Source of the DNA: Thermoproteus tenax Kra 1
Lineage (GTDB): Archaea > Thermoproteota > Thermoprotei > Thermoproteales > Thermoproteaceae
Direction: 5' to 3'
Length of the DNA: 32,000 nt
NCBI RefSeq assembly: GCF_000253055.1
Contig: NC_016070.1
Location: 1,290,001-1,322,000, forward strand
Within the stretch, counting starts at the first letter, position 1; each line of letters opens with the position of its first letter. The notes under the pieces are model-generated. The model did not search any database. It had not been told where the DNA came from and saw only the letters and a program-made list of their open reading frames with translations. The position numbers and the translations under genes are program-made. Shown here piece after piece: positions 1 to 7,986 of the stretch.

Positions 1-1
1 A

Positions 2-268
2 TACATAGCCTACACCCACCACGATCTAGTGGGCGACGCGGCGGGGCTCTTGAGCAGACATCTTTCGCAAATCGAGATTTGGAGCAAAGCGGCCGAGGAA
101 GCCGCGAGAGAGAGGCTCACACCCGCCGAGCTGGAGGGCATCCTCGTCGAAAGGGATCAGAGCCTCCGGAGGGTCTATTCGGACCTCAAGGGGCTAAGAG
201 CCCACTACCATCTGTTCCAGATGGCTATTAGCGGTTTATTAAATTATTATAGAAATTTAGGGAAATAA
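2..268 (+). CDS. hypothetical protein, C-terminal fragment (ORF open to the left window edge)
   Basis: Frame 2 is open from nt 2 (YIAYTHHDLVGDAAG...) to the stop at 266-268. The track ORF 29..268 begins at an internal GTG. No motif recognised. 12-nt convergent overlap with the next gene. Confidence 0.35.
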   Translation, partial: YIAYTHHDLVGDAAGLLSRHLSQIEIWSKAAEEAARERLTPAELEGILVERDQSLRRVYSDLKGLRAHYHLFQMAISGLLNYYRNLGK

Positions 269-856
269 CTTTTTATTTAGTAATTCATATAAACTTTTTA
301 TATGAATTATACCGTCTTTACAGATTCTTCCATCTCTAGAGATACAGACTGGCACTGCCCCGGCCGATAGCGCCATCTCCACATCGTATTGTGTGTCGCC
401 AACAACAATCATGTCCCGAGGGCTGACCCCAAACCTACTGGCTACAACGTACAGCGGATCGGGGTTGGGCTTGCCTCTGGGCACCTCGTCCCCTCCCAAC
501 AAGAAGTCTACGTAGCGACTCAGACCTGTCCTCTCAAGGACTGCGCGAGCCAAGACTGCGTTGGACGATGTAACTACAGCTATTGGGCGCCGCAGGCCGG
601 CCAGAGCTTCAACGTCTTCAAAGGGTTTGACCAACGATATGTAGTCCTCCAGAAAGAGGCGTTTCTTCAGCTCCATGAGCTCCGAGGCTCTGGGGCCCGC
701 TATTATCTCGGCTATCTTTGGGGCGGGCAATCCTATTAACGCCCTCATCTCCTCCCTGCTTATTGGACGGCCGAACCTTCTGGCCGCCTCTCTCCAAGCC
801 TCAACGTGGGCCTCTACTGAGTCTACCAACGTCCCGTCTAGATCGAAGATGTACAC
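257..856 (-). CDS. HAD-superfamily hydrolase (subfamily IA, phosphatase / beta-phosphoglucomutase-like)
   Basis: N-terminal HAD motif I 'IFDLDGTLVDS', motif II-like 'VVTSS', and C-terminal 'GKPNPDP ... VVGDTQYDVEMA' (motifs III/IV). 199 aa. Confidence 0.8.
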   Translation of the reverse strand: MYIFDLDGTLVDSVEAHVEAWREAARRFGRPISREEMRALIGLPAPKIAEIIAGPRASELMELKKRLFLEDYISLVKPFEDVEALAGLRRPIAVVTSSNAVLARAVLERTGLSRYVDFLLGGDEVPRGKPNPDPLYVVASRFGVSPRDMIVVGDTQYDVEMALSAGAVPVCISRDGRICKDGIIHIKSLYELLNKKLFP

Positions 857-940
857 GCAGCAGATAATTCTTAGGCTTAAAATCAGCTACGCGCCGATGC
901 GATATCAGTAAGATTTATTAAGATTAACATTGAAAAAACT

Positions 941-1690
941 ATGTCACTAGACTTCAATAAAGCCAATGAACTACTTTATAAAGGGTATCTATACCAATTA
1001 ATACTAGCCATAGTGGCGATAATAGCTATCTTCGCCGCGGCGATCGCCGCGGCGACTGCAGTGATAGCTTCTTCCGGAGTGTTGCCGCCTTCGTACCCGT
1101 ATGGATCATCCTCATCAGGTCTGGCCTCCATAATTGGAGCCCTTGTTGGCATAATTATTGTAGCAATTATATTTATCGTTATAGGTTTAATTATATTCTT
1201 TAAATATATATTTAAAGGATATATAGGACTCCATAAACTTGGAGTCAAGTGGGCCTTCTGGCTCGCCTGGGGCCCCATCATTGAGTTGATATTAGCCATA
1301 GTCGCCGTAGCTCTCTTCTTTGCGTTTATTTCCTCAATAGCTTCAGCCTTGGGCCCAGGCCTTGCTGAAAGTCCGTTTTCGATATTTGCCGCAGCTGTCC
1401 CCGTCTTGGCAGTGGTAGTAGTTCTACTGGCGTTTTCGGTCTTTATAGATGTGGCCAAAATATTGTTCCTCAAGAACATGTACGACATCACCAAGATAGG
1501 CGAGTTCAATATAGCGTTCGTTCTGACGATAGTGGCACTGGCACTGTCTCTGGCCTCATATACCGGCGGGCTACTCGGCGTCGCGGCCGGCATCGTGGAG
1601 CTAATAGAATATATCTTTGAGATGTTGGCGTATAGAGGGGCCTCCCGCATGCACCCGCCGCCTCTGCCCGCGCAGCCTCAGTCACCATAG
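941..1690 (+). CDS. integral membrane protein, unknown function (multiple TM helices, Pro-rich C-terminus)
   Basis: 249-aa ORF with repeated long hydrophobic stretches (IIAIFAAAIAAATAVIA, IIVAIIFIVIGLIIFF, and others). TATA-like 'TTTATTAAG' about 25 bp upstream of the ATG. The antisense ORF 976..1650 has shadow-like composition. Confidence 0.6.
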   Translation: MSLDFNKANELLYKGYLYQLILAIVAIIAIFAAAIAAATAVIASSGVLPPSYPYGSSSSGLASIIGALVGIIIVAIIFIVIGLIIFFKYIFKGYIGLHKLGVKWAFWLAWGPIIELILAIVAVALFFAFISSIASALGPGLAESPFSIFAAAVPVLAVVVVLLAFSVFIDVAKILFLKNMYDITKIGEFNIAFVLTIVALALSLASYTGGLLGVAAGIVELIEYIFEMLAYRGASRMHPPPLPAQPQSP

Positions 1691-3334
1691 CGCCGTAGTC
1701 AGCAAGAGGGACCTAAGCGCTCTAATTTTGGCCAAACGCCTCACGTATTCGACGGCCGCCTCTCTGATCTCCCTTTCGCTATAGTCCCCAACTGTCCGGC
1801 CCCGGATGGCCCCCTTGGGCGTATAGATCACGCCGCGCCCCGGCAGATAGAAGACGTCGGCGTACCGGGAGTCCTCGAACGACGCAATTCTCTGGACAGA
1901 TCTTGTCCTCCCCCCGCGGCTCTCGATGGATCTCAACACAAATAGGCCGCCCGCGGGGGCACCTCGGAGAACAGACGCAAGTAGAGCCAGAGGGTCCGTC
2001 CCCTCGCGCACAGCCCTGGCCACTATATGTTTGTATACCAACCTTGCAGCCACCGGGAGGTCGTGCGGCCGGAGCTTACTGCCCTTTACCACAACATGAT
2101 CCCCCCTTATCTTTAGGTGGTTCTTCTCGGCCACGCCGCCATCCTCTGACGGCGCCAACAGAAAGTACTCCCAGACTGCCTCAAGCCTCAGCTTAAGGCC
2201 TCTGAGGGATCTAGCCCAGCTCTCCACTAGGTCCATCTTGGACTCCTCGACGTAGATGGAGTCCGTATCGCCGTAGATGGGCTCCAAGTCGCGCCACGCC
2301 TGATCGAACAAGCGATGGGCCTCAGCTCTGACGAAGTATAGACAAGGCTCACACACTAGGCCCCAGCCGGCCTTCCCCCAGGCACCGATCCCCGCGTTCA
2401 TCAGAAACTTTAACGCCTCCCTCACGTAGGCGTCGCTAGACTCGATGCGTCTAGAAAGCAGCGAGGAGATCACGGCCGAGACGGGACCGCCTTCGAAACA
2501 CACTCGCTTGGTCCCCAACAATGTCTTGACCGGCACGCCGTCTGAGCACTCGCGGATGCCCAACGGGTCCACTCCCTGGGCTGCAACTATGCTCGGGAAT
2601 AGGGAGAAGAAGTCGTACTCGGCCACGCTCTTGTACACGCCAGGTCTGCGTCCTCTGGCGAAGTCCCACTTCGGCATATTGAGCATCCTCCTTCTGTCCT
2701 CCAACGCAATCCCCTCCTTCTCGGCCTCCCAATGGAACAGGGCCTCGGCCACAGCGGCGAGCGAGTTGGTTCTCAGAAACTCCAACACTGCGTCAACCCC
2801 GATCCCTGCTATCTCGGCCACGGCCTCGTAGAGCCTCAGCCTCCTCTCGGCCAATTTGTATATTGCTACGACGTAGTCCTCTGGCTTCCCCGCTAGAGCC
2901 CTAAGCAGCCACGACTCGTCCTCCTCGGCCAACTCGTCCCACATGCGCCTCCCCACGTCCAGGGCCCTCGGGGCACAGCCCAGGCTTTGTCCCCTTACGG
3001 CGATCACGTCGGCATCGGGACAGCCTCCTACGTGGACCGACTCCCCGTCTGTCGTCCAGTAGAGCTCGCCGCCCCTCCTATATACAGCGGCCAGGACCGG
3101 CCTCTTGGGTTTGACGAGGCCCCTCCTCTGCTCCTCGGCCAGCCGCGGTACGAACGACCTCGAGGGACGGAAGCCAAACCTCATCAGTTTAAATCTGAGC
3201 GGCCCGGCGTCGCCCTCGATGAGCCACACCTTGGCCCCCTCCCAAGGCCTATAACCTACTCCATCGAACACGTACGGAATGAGGTCCAGAGGCTCTGCGC
3301 GCACGGGCGGCCTGGAGCGGCCCAACACCAACAC
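1682..3334 (-). CDS. family B DNA polymerase, compact exonuclease-less form (PolB2/Dpo2-like)
   Basis: Motif A 'DFFSLFPS' (nt 2591-2614), diverged motif B 'KFLMNAGIGAWG', motif C 'YGDTDS' (nt 2258-2275). Only 550 aa. I could not find Exo I/II/III motifs in the N-terminal ~230 aa. Confidence 0.8.
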   Translation of the reverse strand: MLVLGRSRPPVRAEPLDLIPYVFDGVGYRPWEGAKVWLIEGDAGPLRFKLMRFGFRPSRSFVPRLAEEQRRGLVKPKRPVLAAVYRRGGELYWTTDGESVHVGGCPDADVIAVRGQSLGCAPRALDVGRRMWDELAEEDESWLLRALAGKPEDYVVAIYKLAERRLRLYEAVAEIAGIGVDAVLEFLRTNSLAAVAEALFHWEAEKEGIALEDRRRMLNMPKWDFARGRRPGVYKSVAEYDFFSLFPSIVAAQGVDPLGIRECSDGVPVKTLLGTKRVCFEGGPVSAVISSLLSRRIESSDAYVREALKFLMNAGIGAWGKAGWGLVCEPCLYFVRAEAHRLFDQAWRDLEPIYGDTDSIYVEESKMDLVESWARSLRGLKLRLEAVWEYFLLAPSEDGGVAEKNHLKIRGDHVVVKGSKLRPHDLPVAARLVYKHIVARAVREGTDPLALLASVLRGAPAGGLFVLRSIESRGGRTRSVQRIASFEDSRYADVFYLPGRGVIYTPKGAIRGRTVGDYSEREIREAAVEYVRRLAKIRALRSLLLTTALW

Positions 3335-3378
3335 TGAGGCTCGCGCCCGGCTAGATATAAGCTGATGCTTAACTGGAG

Positions 3379-3843
3379 CTAGTACTGAGTTCGTAGAAAG
3401 TATTTCTCTAAGCCCGGCGCGCTCCTCAAGGCCGTCTCCACGGCTGATCTCAAGGCTTTGTACATCTCCCGCATGTCGTTATATCCAGCCAGCTTGTATA
3501 GCTTCTCGGCCATCGACAGCAGATAGCTAGGCGTCGGCTCGGCGCGATAAACGGCGCCGCAGATCTCCACATACAATACGCCGTAGTTTACGCGGGCCGA
3601 GATGCCGCAACCTCTCTCGGTCTCTCCTATGAGCCTTCTGCCGGCCGGCCCCAACGTGTACACCGCCTTGGTTCTGCCAGCGTCTACTCTGGCCCACTTT
3701 ATTAAGCCGAGCTCCTCGGCCAACTTGACTAAGGAGAATGCAGATTCGCCGAACAGAGAGAGCAACTCGTCGTAGTCAATGGCCCTACGCGATGCCACTA
3801 GTCTGGTCAACCGGAGCAACAACCATGCATTTACGAACTCCAC
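3379..3843 (-). CDS. hypothetical protein, probable winged-helix DNA-binding N-terminal domain
   Basis: 154-aa ORF. The N-terminal ~70 aa have a wHTH-like pattern (IDYDELLSLFGESAFSLVKLAEELGLIKWARVD...KAVYTLGPAG). AT-rich divergent promoter region at 3844-3933. Confidence 0.5.
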   Translation of the reverse strand: MEFVNAWLLLRLTRLVASRRAIDYDELLSLFGESAFSLVKLAEELGLIKWARVDAGRTKAVYTLGPAGRRLIGETERGCGISARVNYGVLYVEICGAVYRAEPTPSYLLSMAEKLYKLAGYNDMREMYKALRSAVETALRSAPGLEKYFLRTQY

Positions 3844-3933
3844 ATCTATATTCGTGTTATATCTAAAAAATATCTCCTTATATTTAAAGAGCTCTGTATC
3901 TCGAAACTTTCGATATACATATAAGGTTAAAGA

Positions 3934-4149
3934 TTGCAGAATATCGTGAAGAGGGCTCTCAAGTTCTACGACATAGAGGCTCGCCGTAGCTTCACGACGG
4001 ATCAGTACGAGCTGGTCGTGATCGAGCTGGGCGGAGGCCGCTCCGTGACCCTCGCTGTAGCGATCTCCCCATACACCGGCAATAAATGCTATAGCTTCGC
4101 GCCGAGGCGCACAGAGATAAAATCAGTTGGTCTAGACCGGTTTATCTAG
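3934..4149 (+). CDS. small hypothetical protein (66-71 aa, beta-rich, basic)
   Basis: ORF with a TTG start at 3934 or a GTG at 3949. TATA-like 'GATATACATATAAGG' lies ~20-30 bp upstream. No motif recognised. Confidence 0.4.
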   Translation: MQNIVKRALKFYDIEARRSFTTDQYELVVIELGGGRSVTLAVAISPYTGNKCYSFAPRRTEIKSVGLDRFI

Positions 4150-4303
4150 CCGTCTGCGGAGAGATGCTCCTTCAGGCCGAGGCGTCTACCTAGAGTCAGC
4201 TAGGCGACCAAAACGCTGTAGGGCAAACATTGATGCGTTGACGCTGGCGAACTATGCCGCATCAGATGTCCTCCCTCTTCAACGTCTCAATAAAACTTTC
4301 TGA

Positions 4304-4391
4304 TGGACCGGCCGGGATTCGAACCCGGGATCTCCCGCGCGCGAGGCCTACGCGGCACAGCCTGGGCGTCCTTCCGCTAGACTACCGGCCC
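4304..4391 (-). tRNA. tRNA-Ala(CGC) with a 16-nt intron at non-canonical position 29/30 (intron nt 4348-4363)
   Basis: The reverse complement folds as acceptor GGGCCGG/CCGGUCC with G3:U70 (the Ala identity pair), D arm GUCU-AGCGGAA-GGAC and T arm CCGGG-UUCGAAU-CCCGG. Removing AGGCUGUGCCGCGUAG restores the anticodon stem CCCGC/GCGGG and loop CUCGCGC. CCA is not encoded. Confidence 0.85.
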
Positions 4392-4410
4392 CGAGCGTAC
4401 TTACTCACCG

Positions 4411-4425
4411 ATTTAAATTTTTTCG
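4411..4425 (-). promoter_or_regulatory. TATA box for tRNA-Ala
   Basis: The minus strand reads AAAAAATTTAAAT about 21-30 bp upstream of the tRNA 5' end at 4391. Confidence 0.6.
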
Positions 4426-4448
4426 CTAGAGCGCCACGCGGACAAAAG

Positions 4449-4459
4449 CTTTTTAAATT
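4449..4459 (+). promoter_or_regulatory. TATA box for initiator tRNA-Met
   Basis: CTTTTTAAATT lies about 20-28 bp upstream of the tRNA 5' end at 4478. Together with the tRNA-Ala promoter this forms a divergent promoter pair. Confidence 0.6.
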
Positions 4460-4477
4460 CGCGCAAAGCTTAGACCT

Positions 4478-4571
4478 AGCGGGGTAGGCCAGCCAGGTAG
4501 GCCGCGGGGCTCATAAAGGGCCTAAGGCCCGAGGAGCCCCGAGGTCCCGGGTTCAAATCCCGGCCCCGCTA
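4478..4571 (+). tRNA. initiator tRNA-Met(CAT) with a 20-nt intron next to the anticodon
   Basis: A1:U72 acceptor (AGCGGGG/CCCCGCU), anticodon stem CGGGG/CCCCG with consecutive G:C pairs, loop CUCAUAA, T arm CCGGG-UUCAAAU-CCCGG. 94 nt equals 74 plus a 20-nt insert, with an internal hairpin GGGCC-UAA-GGCCC. Confidence 0.9.
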
Positions 4572-5102
4572 TGTGCACACCGGCCTCCTACATCTCAGCT
4601 TTACGTCTATCTCGCCCCTCCTCGCCTCAGTTATCATTAGGTGATGTTCCTCCTTGACTCCCCTTATATATGAACAGGTGTGTACTCCGCAGACCTTCAC
4701 CGCCACCGCCCTGGCCCTCAGTTTCTCCAATAGGATGTCGGCCAACCACTCGGTGAACCTCTCCTGCATTATGAGCCTTGCGGCCGCCCATTTGACTAGT
4801 CTGATGACCTTGCTCAAGCCCGGCGCCTCTGAGCCGGGCAAGTAGGCCACAGAGATGGATAGAAAGATGGGGAGGAGGTGGTGTTCGCACAGAGACACAG
4901 CCCTTATGTCCTCAACAATGACGGGGCCCGATTTCTCCACTGGAAAGAATACGATCTCGGGCGGATCCTCGCGGAGCCCCCTAGTGAGCTCCTCCAGTGC
5001 TCCTACGAACCTCCGTGGCGTCCTCTCGAGCCCCGGCCTCTTGAGGTCCTCCCCTATATGCGACAACAAAGTCTCCACCGCTCTTTCCGCCTCGTCGCGC
5101 AT
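4569..5102 (-). CDS. folE: GTP cyclohydrolase I (FolE type)
   Basis: Zinc/active-site motif 'SLCEHHLLPI', followed by 'VAYLP...GLSK' and '...QERFT' blocks typical of FolE. 177 aa. The stop codon overlaps the tRNA-iMet 3' end by 3 nt (convergent). Confidence 0.8.
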   Translation of the reverse strand: MRDEAERAVETLLSHIGEDLKRPGLERTPRRFVGALEELTRGLREDPPEIVFFPVEKSGPVIVEDIRAVSLCEHHLLPIFLSISVAYLPGSEAPGLSKVIRLVKWAAARLIMQERFTEWLADILLEKLRARAVAVKVCGVHTCSYIRGVKEEHHLMITEARRGEIDVKLRCRRPVCT

Positions 5103-5139
5103 AGCCGAGGCGGACGGCCAGTTTAAATGGTTTATATGG

Positions 5140-6147
5140 CTAGGCCTCGGTCACCTCAATGCCGGAACGGTACAGAAGGTCCACTATGTGCTCGTGGACC
5201 GGGGCGCCTCTGTACGGGTGGAACACAGTTGCGCCGTCCTCATAGAGGAAGATGAACATGTCGTGGCGCGTTCTGAGACCCTCTGCAGGCGGCGGGCCCC
5301 ACACGACGTAGACCTTGTTCACGCCCCTGGCTCTAGTCAGAGAGATAGGAGGTGCCAACCAAGGACATATGTACACCTCTGCGCTTCCTCCGGCGGTGCC
5401 GTCGTAAGAAAGGTAGGCCACTCCGCATCTAGCCCTTCTGTCGAACTCGTACTCGCCGTGGAGCCCCAACAAAGACGCCATCTTGCGCGCCCTTCTCTCC
5501 TTCAGGGACAATAGAGATTCTAGGACCTCGTCGGGGTATGTGACTGGGTTGACGACGAGTCCAACGTGGGGATCGTAGTAGGCCAGCCGGCCTATCCTCA
5601 GCGTCGTCTGCGGCCTCTGGCCATACACGAGCTCGTACAAGCCCCAGTCGGCGTCCCCCGCCGCCTCTCCCTCCAGCAGCGCGAGCAACTTCGGATCGTC
5701 TATGGAGCCGACCTCGGCGTTTAGGTCTAGGTATACTGAGTATTCGTTGGCCATAAGCCTCGCAAGAAGGCCGGCCAAGTATGACGGCGAGGCGACTACA
5801 TCATCCGAGTAATGTATAGCCAGCCCCCAGCGCAGTAGCTCCTCTAATGCGCCCGGAACTCCGAGCAGATCCAGGCCTAACCTCAGCTGGGCCTCCAACG
5901 ACAGGTCTCTGCCGTATTTTGCATACAACGTCGCCAACTTCTCATCGTTTATCCTCGAGGAGACCAAGGCGGAGAGCTCCGGCGCCCTCCTCTCTGCCTC
6001 CTCCACGTCTCTCTCGTTGGCCCCCTCCGAGGCCTCCATGAGATCCCTCCATTTGGAGCCGTACCTCAGCTCGAAGTCTCTCCTCAGTACCTCCTCGCTG
6101 CCCTGGAACAAAGCCCTCTGGTACCTCGCCTCAAGGAGCTCCGCCAC
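5140..6147 (-). CDS. hypothetical protein (335 aa)
   Basis: Long ORF with normal amino-acid composition and shadow-like antisense ORFs. No motif recognised. Confidence 0.55.
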   Translation of the reverse strand: MAELLEARYQRALFQGSEEVLRRDFELRYGSKWRDLMEASEGANERDVEEAERRAPELSALVSSRINDEKLATLYAKYGRDLSLEAQLRLGLDLLGVPGALEELLRWGLAIHYSDDVVASPSYLAGLLARLMANEYSVYLDLNAEVGSIDDPKLLALLEGEAAGDADWGLYELVYGQRPQTTLRIGRLAYYDPHVGLVVNPVTYPDEVLESLLSLKERRARKMASLLGLHGEYEFDRRARCGVAYLSYDGTAGGSAEVYICPWLAPPISLTRARGVNKVYVVWGPPPAEGLRTRHDMFIFLYEDGATVFHPYRGAPVHEHIVDLLYRSGIEVTEA

Positions 6148-6217
6148 TAGAACTATTCCACGTATATTTCTTTACCTCTCTGCCGCACGTTCTTAAGTCG
6201 GCGATAGATTTAATTGA

Positions 6218-6841
6218 ATGATAGCCGAGATCATCCACCGAGGCACCGACGTGGTGCTACAGCTGGATACAGTTGCAGTCGCGCTCTCCAGCACTGTGGA
6301 TGGAGGGCTCAGAGGCGGAATCCGCTATGTGGTCCACCACAAGGTTCCTTATAGATGGAACGGGGATCCTCTCGAAGAGATAGAGCGCGCCCATGCGGCC
6401 TTGGGCGTACCCAGCGATGAAACTATCACGTTCTTGACGGCAGCTCAACTACCGCGCGTCCACGGCCTGGGCAGAGCTGCTGTGGGAGAGGTTGCGGTCG
6501 TGGTCTCGGCGACAGTGGGGCTCTCAAACCCCTATAGGATCTCCCGGGGGGACGTCGAAGTTCTAAGGCCGGAGGAGCCCTCAACTGTAAATATAGCAAC
6601 CTTCGTGAACGTCCCTCTATCTGTCCAGGCCATGTTAGACGTCTTGGCGCTGGTCTCACAAGCCAAGGCCCTTGCCCTGTGGGACCTCGCTGGAGTGCAC
6701 GGCACTACCTCGGACGCGGTCGCCGTGCTTTCGCCCGCTGGCCCGAGTCGGCGGCCTTATGGCGGCGCCGCGACAGATATAGGCAGGGCCGTCGTTAGGG
6801 CGACTTACGCCGCCTTGGCCGACGCCTTGAGGCGGGATTAG
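6218..6841 (+). CDS. cbiZ: adenosylcobinamide amidohydrolase (CbiZ)-like protein
   Basis: Pattern 'ALSSTVDGGL...VVHHKVP', 'FLTAAQL', 'VSATVGLSNP', 'TVNIATFVN', '...GTTSDAVAVL' resembles the CbiZ family layout. 207 aa. Confidence 0.55.
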   Translation: MIAEIIHRGTDVVLQLDTVAVALSSTVDGGLRGGIRYVVHHKVPYRWNGDPLEEIERAHAALGVPSDETITFLTAAQLPRVHGLGRAAVGEVAVVVSATVGLSNPYRISRGDVEVLRPEEPSTVNIATFVNVPLSVQAMLDVLALVSQAKALALWDLAGVHGTTSDAVAVLSPAGPSRRPYGGAATDIGRAVVRATYAALADALRRD

Positions 6842-7933
6842 CGCTTCTCCTGTTTCTCCCAGACGATGTCCCTCGCATACAAGTTCCTCACAGAGGCAGC
6901 CACGAGGATCAGCTGGTTGAGCGCCCATGCTCTGAAGGGCGCGTAGGCCAGCGCGATCAGACCGACTATCGCCAAAAGGATGCCGATAGCCGAGGACGTA
7001 GCAGATACTGCGACCGAGATAGTCGATATGAGGAAGAGCCATGGATTGACTATGTGTAGATAGACCTCGGAAAAATATATAGGCTTGTAGACCCTAGGCG
7101 CCCGCTTGATCTCTCTGAGGGTTCCCAGAAATGCTTGTATCAAGTGTTGTGCGCGCCTCAGACGCCACTTGAGGTAGCCTTTCCGCGGCACGAGCTCCGT
7201 ACAGATCACGTCGTCGGGCGTCACCGCCCCTCTTGCCCATTATAGCCGCTTTGATTGCCATATAGCTGTCGTCGGCGCCTATATCCATTGGGAAACCCTC
7301 CCTCAAGACCTCAAGCTTGAAGGCGGCCAATTCGCCGTGGAAGATAGGCGTAGCGTAGACTTCGCTCTCCCACAGACGGAGCTTGTTGTACCACTGTCTA
7401 TACGTCCTCTCCAGCCCGCCGGCCCCGCGGGGCACTTTGAGGCAGGACACTGCTCCGACCTCGTCGTCTGCAATATATGAGGCGACTTTCACTAGCGTAT
7501 CACGCCTGGGCCAGAGGGCATCGGCGTCGGTTATCACTACGACGTCCGCGTCCTCCACAGCTCCTAGAGCTGTGTTCAAGGCGTGCGCCTTGCCCAATCT
7601 GCGCGCCTCTCTTATGACGACGACTTTACAGCCGGGCCTCTGCGCCGCCCATCCCTCGGCTATCCCGGCAGTGTTGTCGGTGGAGACCGAGTCGACTACA
7701 TAGACTGACAGCCTATCCCTGGGATAATCTTGCGAGAAGATGTTGTCGAGCTTCTCCTCTATTGTGGCCGCCTCGTTGTATGTGGGCACAATCACAGCAA
7801 GCTTAGGCAGACGACTGATTTTGGCGGCGCCAGGCCTCCGTCTGCGGCGCATGTTGAGGTAGAGTATGTATGCGGCGGGCGCTCCGAAGTGGAGCGACAG
7901 AGCCGCCAATGCAACGGTCGTCCAAGGATCCAC
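6838..7933 (-). pseudogene. family 2 glycosyltransferase split by a frameshift (track ORFs 7094..7933 and 6838..7224)
   Basis: The upstream ORF has GT2 features: an N-terminal TM helix, 'AVIVPTYNEA', 'DSVSTDNT', 'TDADA'. After '...AIKAAIMGKR' its sequence becomes low-complexity. The +1 frame continues plausibly as 'AVTPDDVICTELVPRKGYLKWRLRRAQH...' followed by TM helices. The frames switch at a GGGG run (CCCC at 7227-7230 on the + strand). Confidence 0.7.
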
Positions 7934-7986
7934 AGCACAACGTAGTCTGATAAATGTAATTTTTTAATGGAAAATCGAATATAGAC

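Noticed and set aside
976-1650. Long antisense ORF opposite the membrane-protein gene. Similar cases: 2445..2831, 4855..5514, 6656..7042, 8740..9225, 11340..11849, 15769..16158, 16426..16803, 21037..21642, 22532..22972 and 30944..31264
   Set aside because: All lie fully inside longer ORFs that carry recognisable motifs or sensible composition on the other strand. Their translations are Ser/Leu/Arg/Pro-rich, as expected for shadow frames in GC-biased coding DNA.
4229-4302. C/D box sRNA or other small RNA downstream of tRNA-Ala, prompted by UUGAUGC, CAUCAGAUG and CUGA strings and a perfect 7-bp inverted repeat TGATGCG(20 nt)CGCATCA at 4231-4264
   Set aside because: The box sequences deviate at key positions, and no C-12 nt-D'/C'-12 nt-D spacing can be drawn on either strand. 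The hairpin may be a processing or termination element, but I cannot support a specific call.
4304-4391. Reading the minus-strand tRNA as tRNA-His because of a GUG triplet in an apparent loop (CUGUGCC)
   Set aside because: That reading gives no 5-bp anticodon stem and leaves a pyrimidine at position 37. Removing the 16-nt intron gives a perfect stem, a CGC anticodon and agreement with the G3:U70 alanine determinant.
941-4391. The PolB region as an integrated element (casposon, provirus or pipolin-like) next to the tRNA genes
   Set aside because: I saw no Cas1, integrase, terminal inverted repeats, or duplicated tRNA 3' segment (att-like direct repeat). The PolB lacks the exonuclease/TPR features of protein-primed or primer-independent PolBs. 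The chromosomal PolB2/Dpo2 interpretation is simpler.
7222-7240. Programmed ribosomal frameshifting in the glycosyltransferase gene
   Set aside because: There is no recognisable slippery heptamer or downstream stimulatory structure, and the shift coincides with a simple G4 homopolymer. Mutation or sequencing error is more parsimonious.
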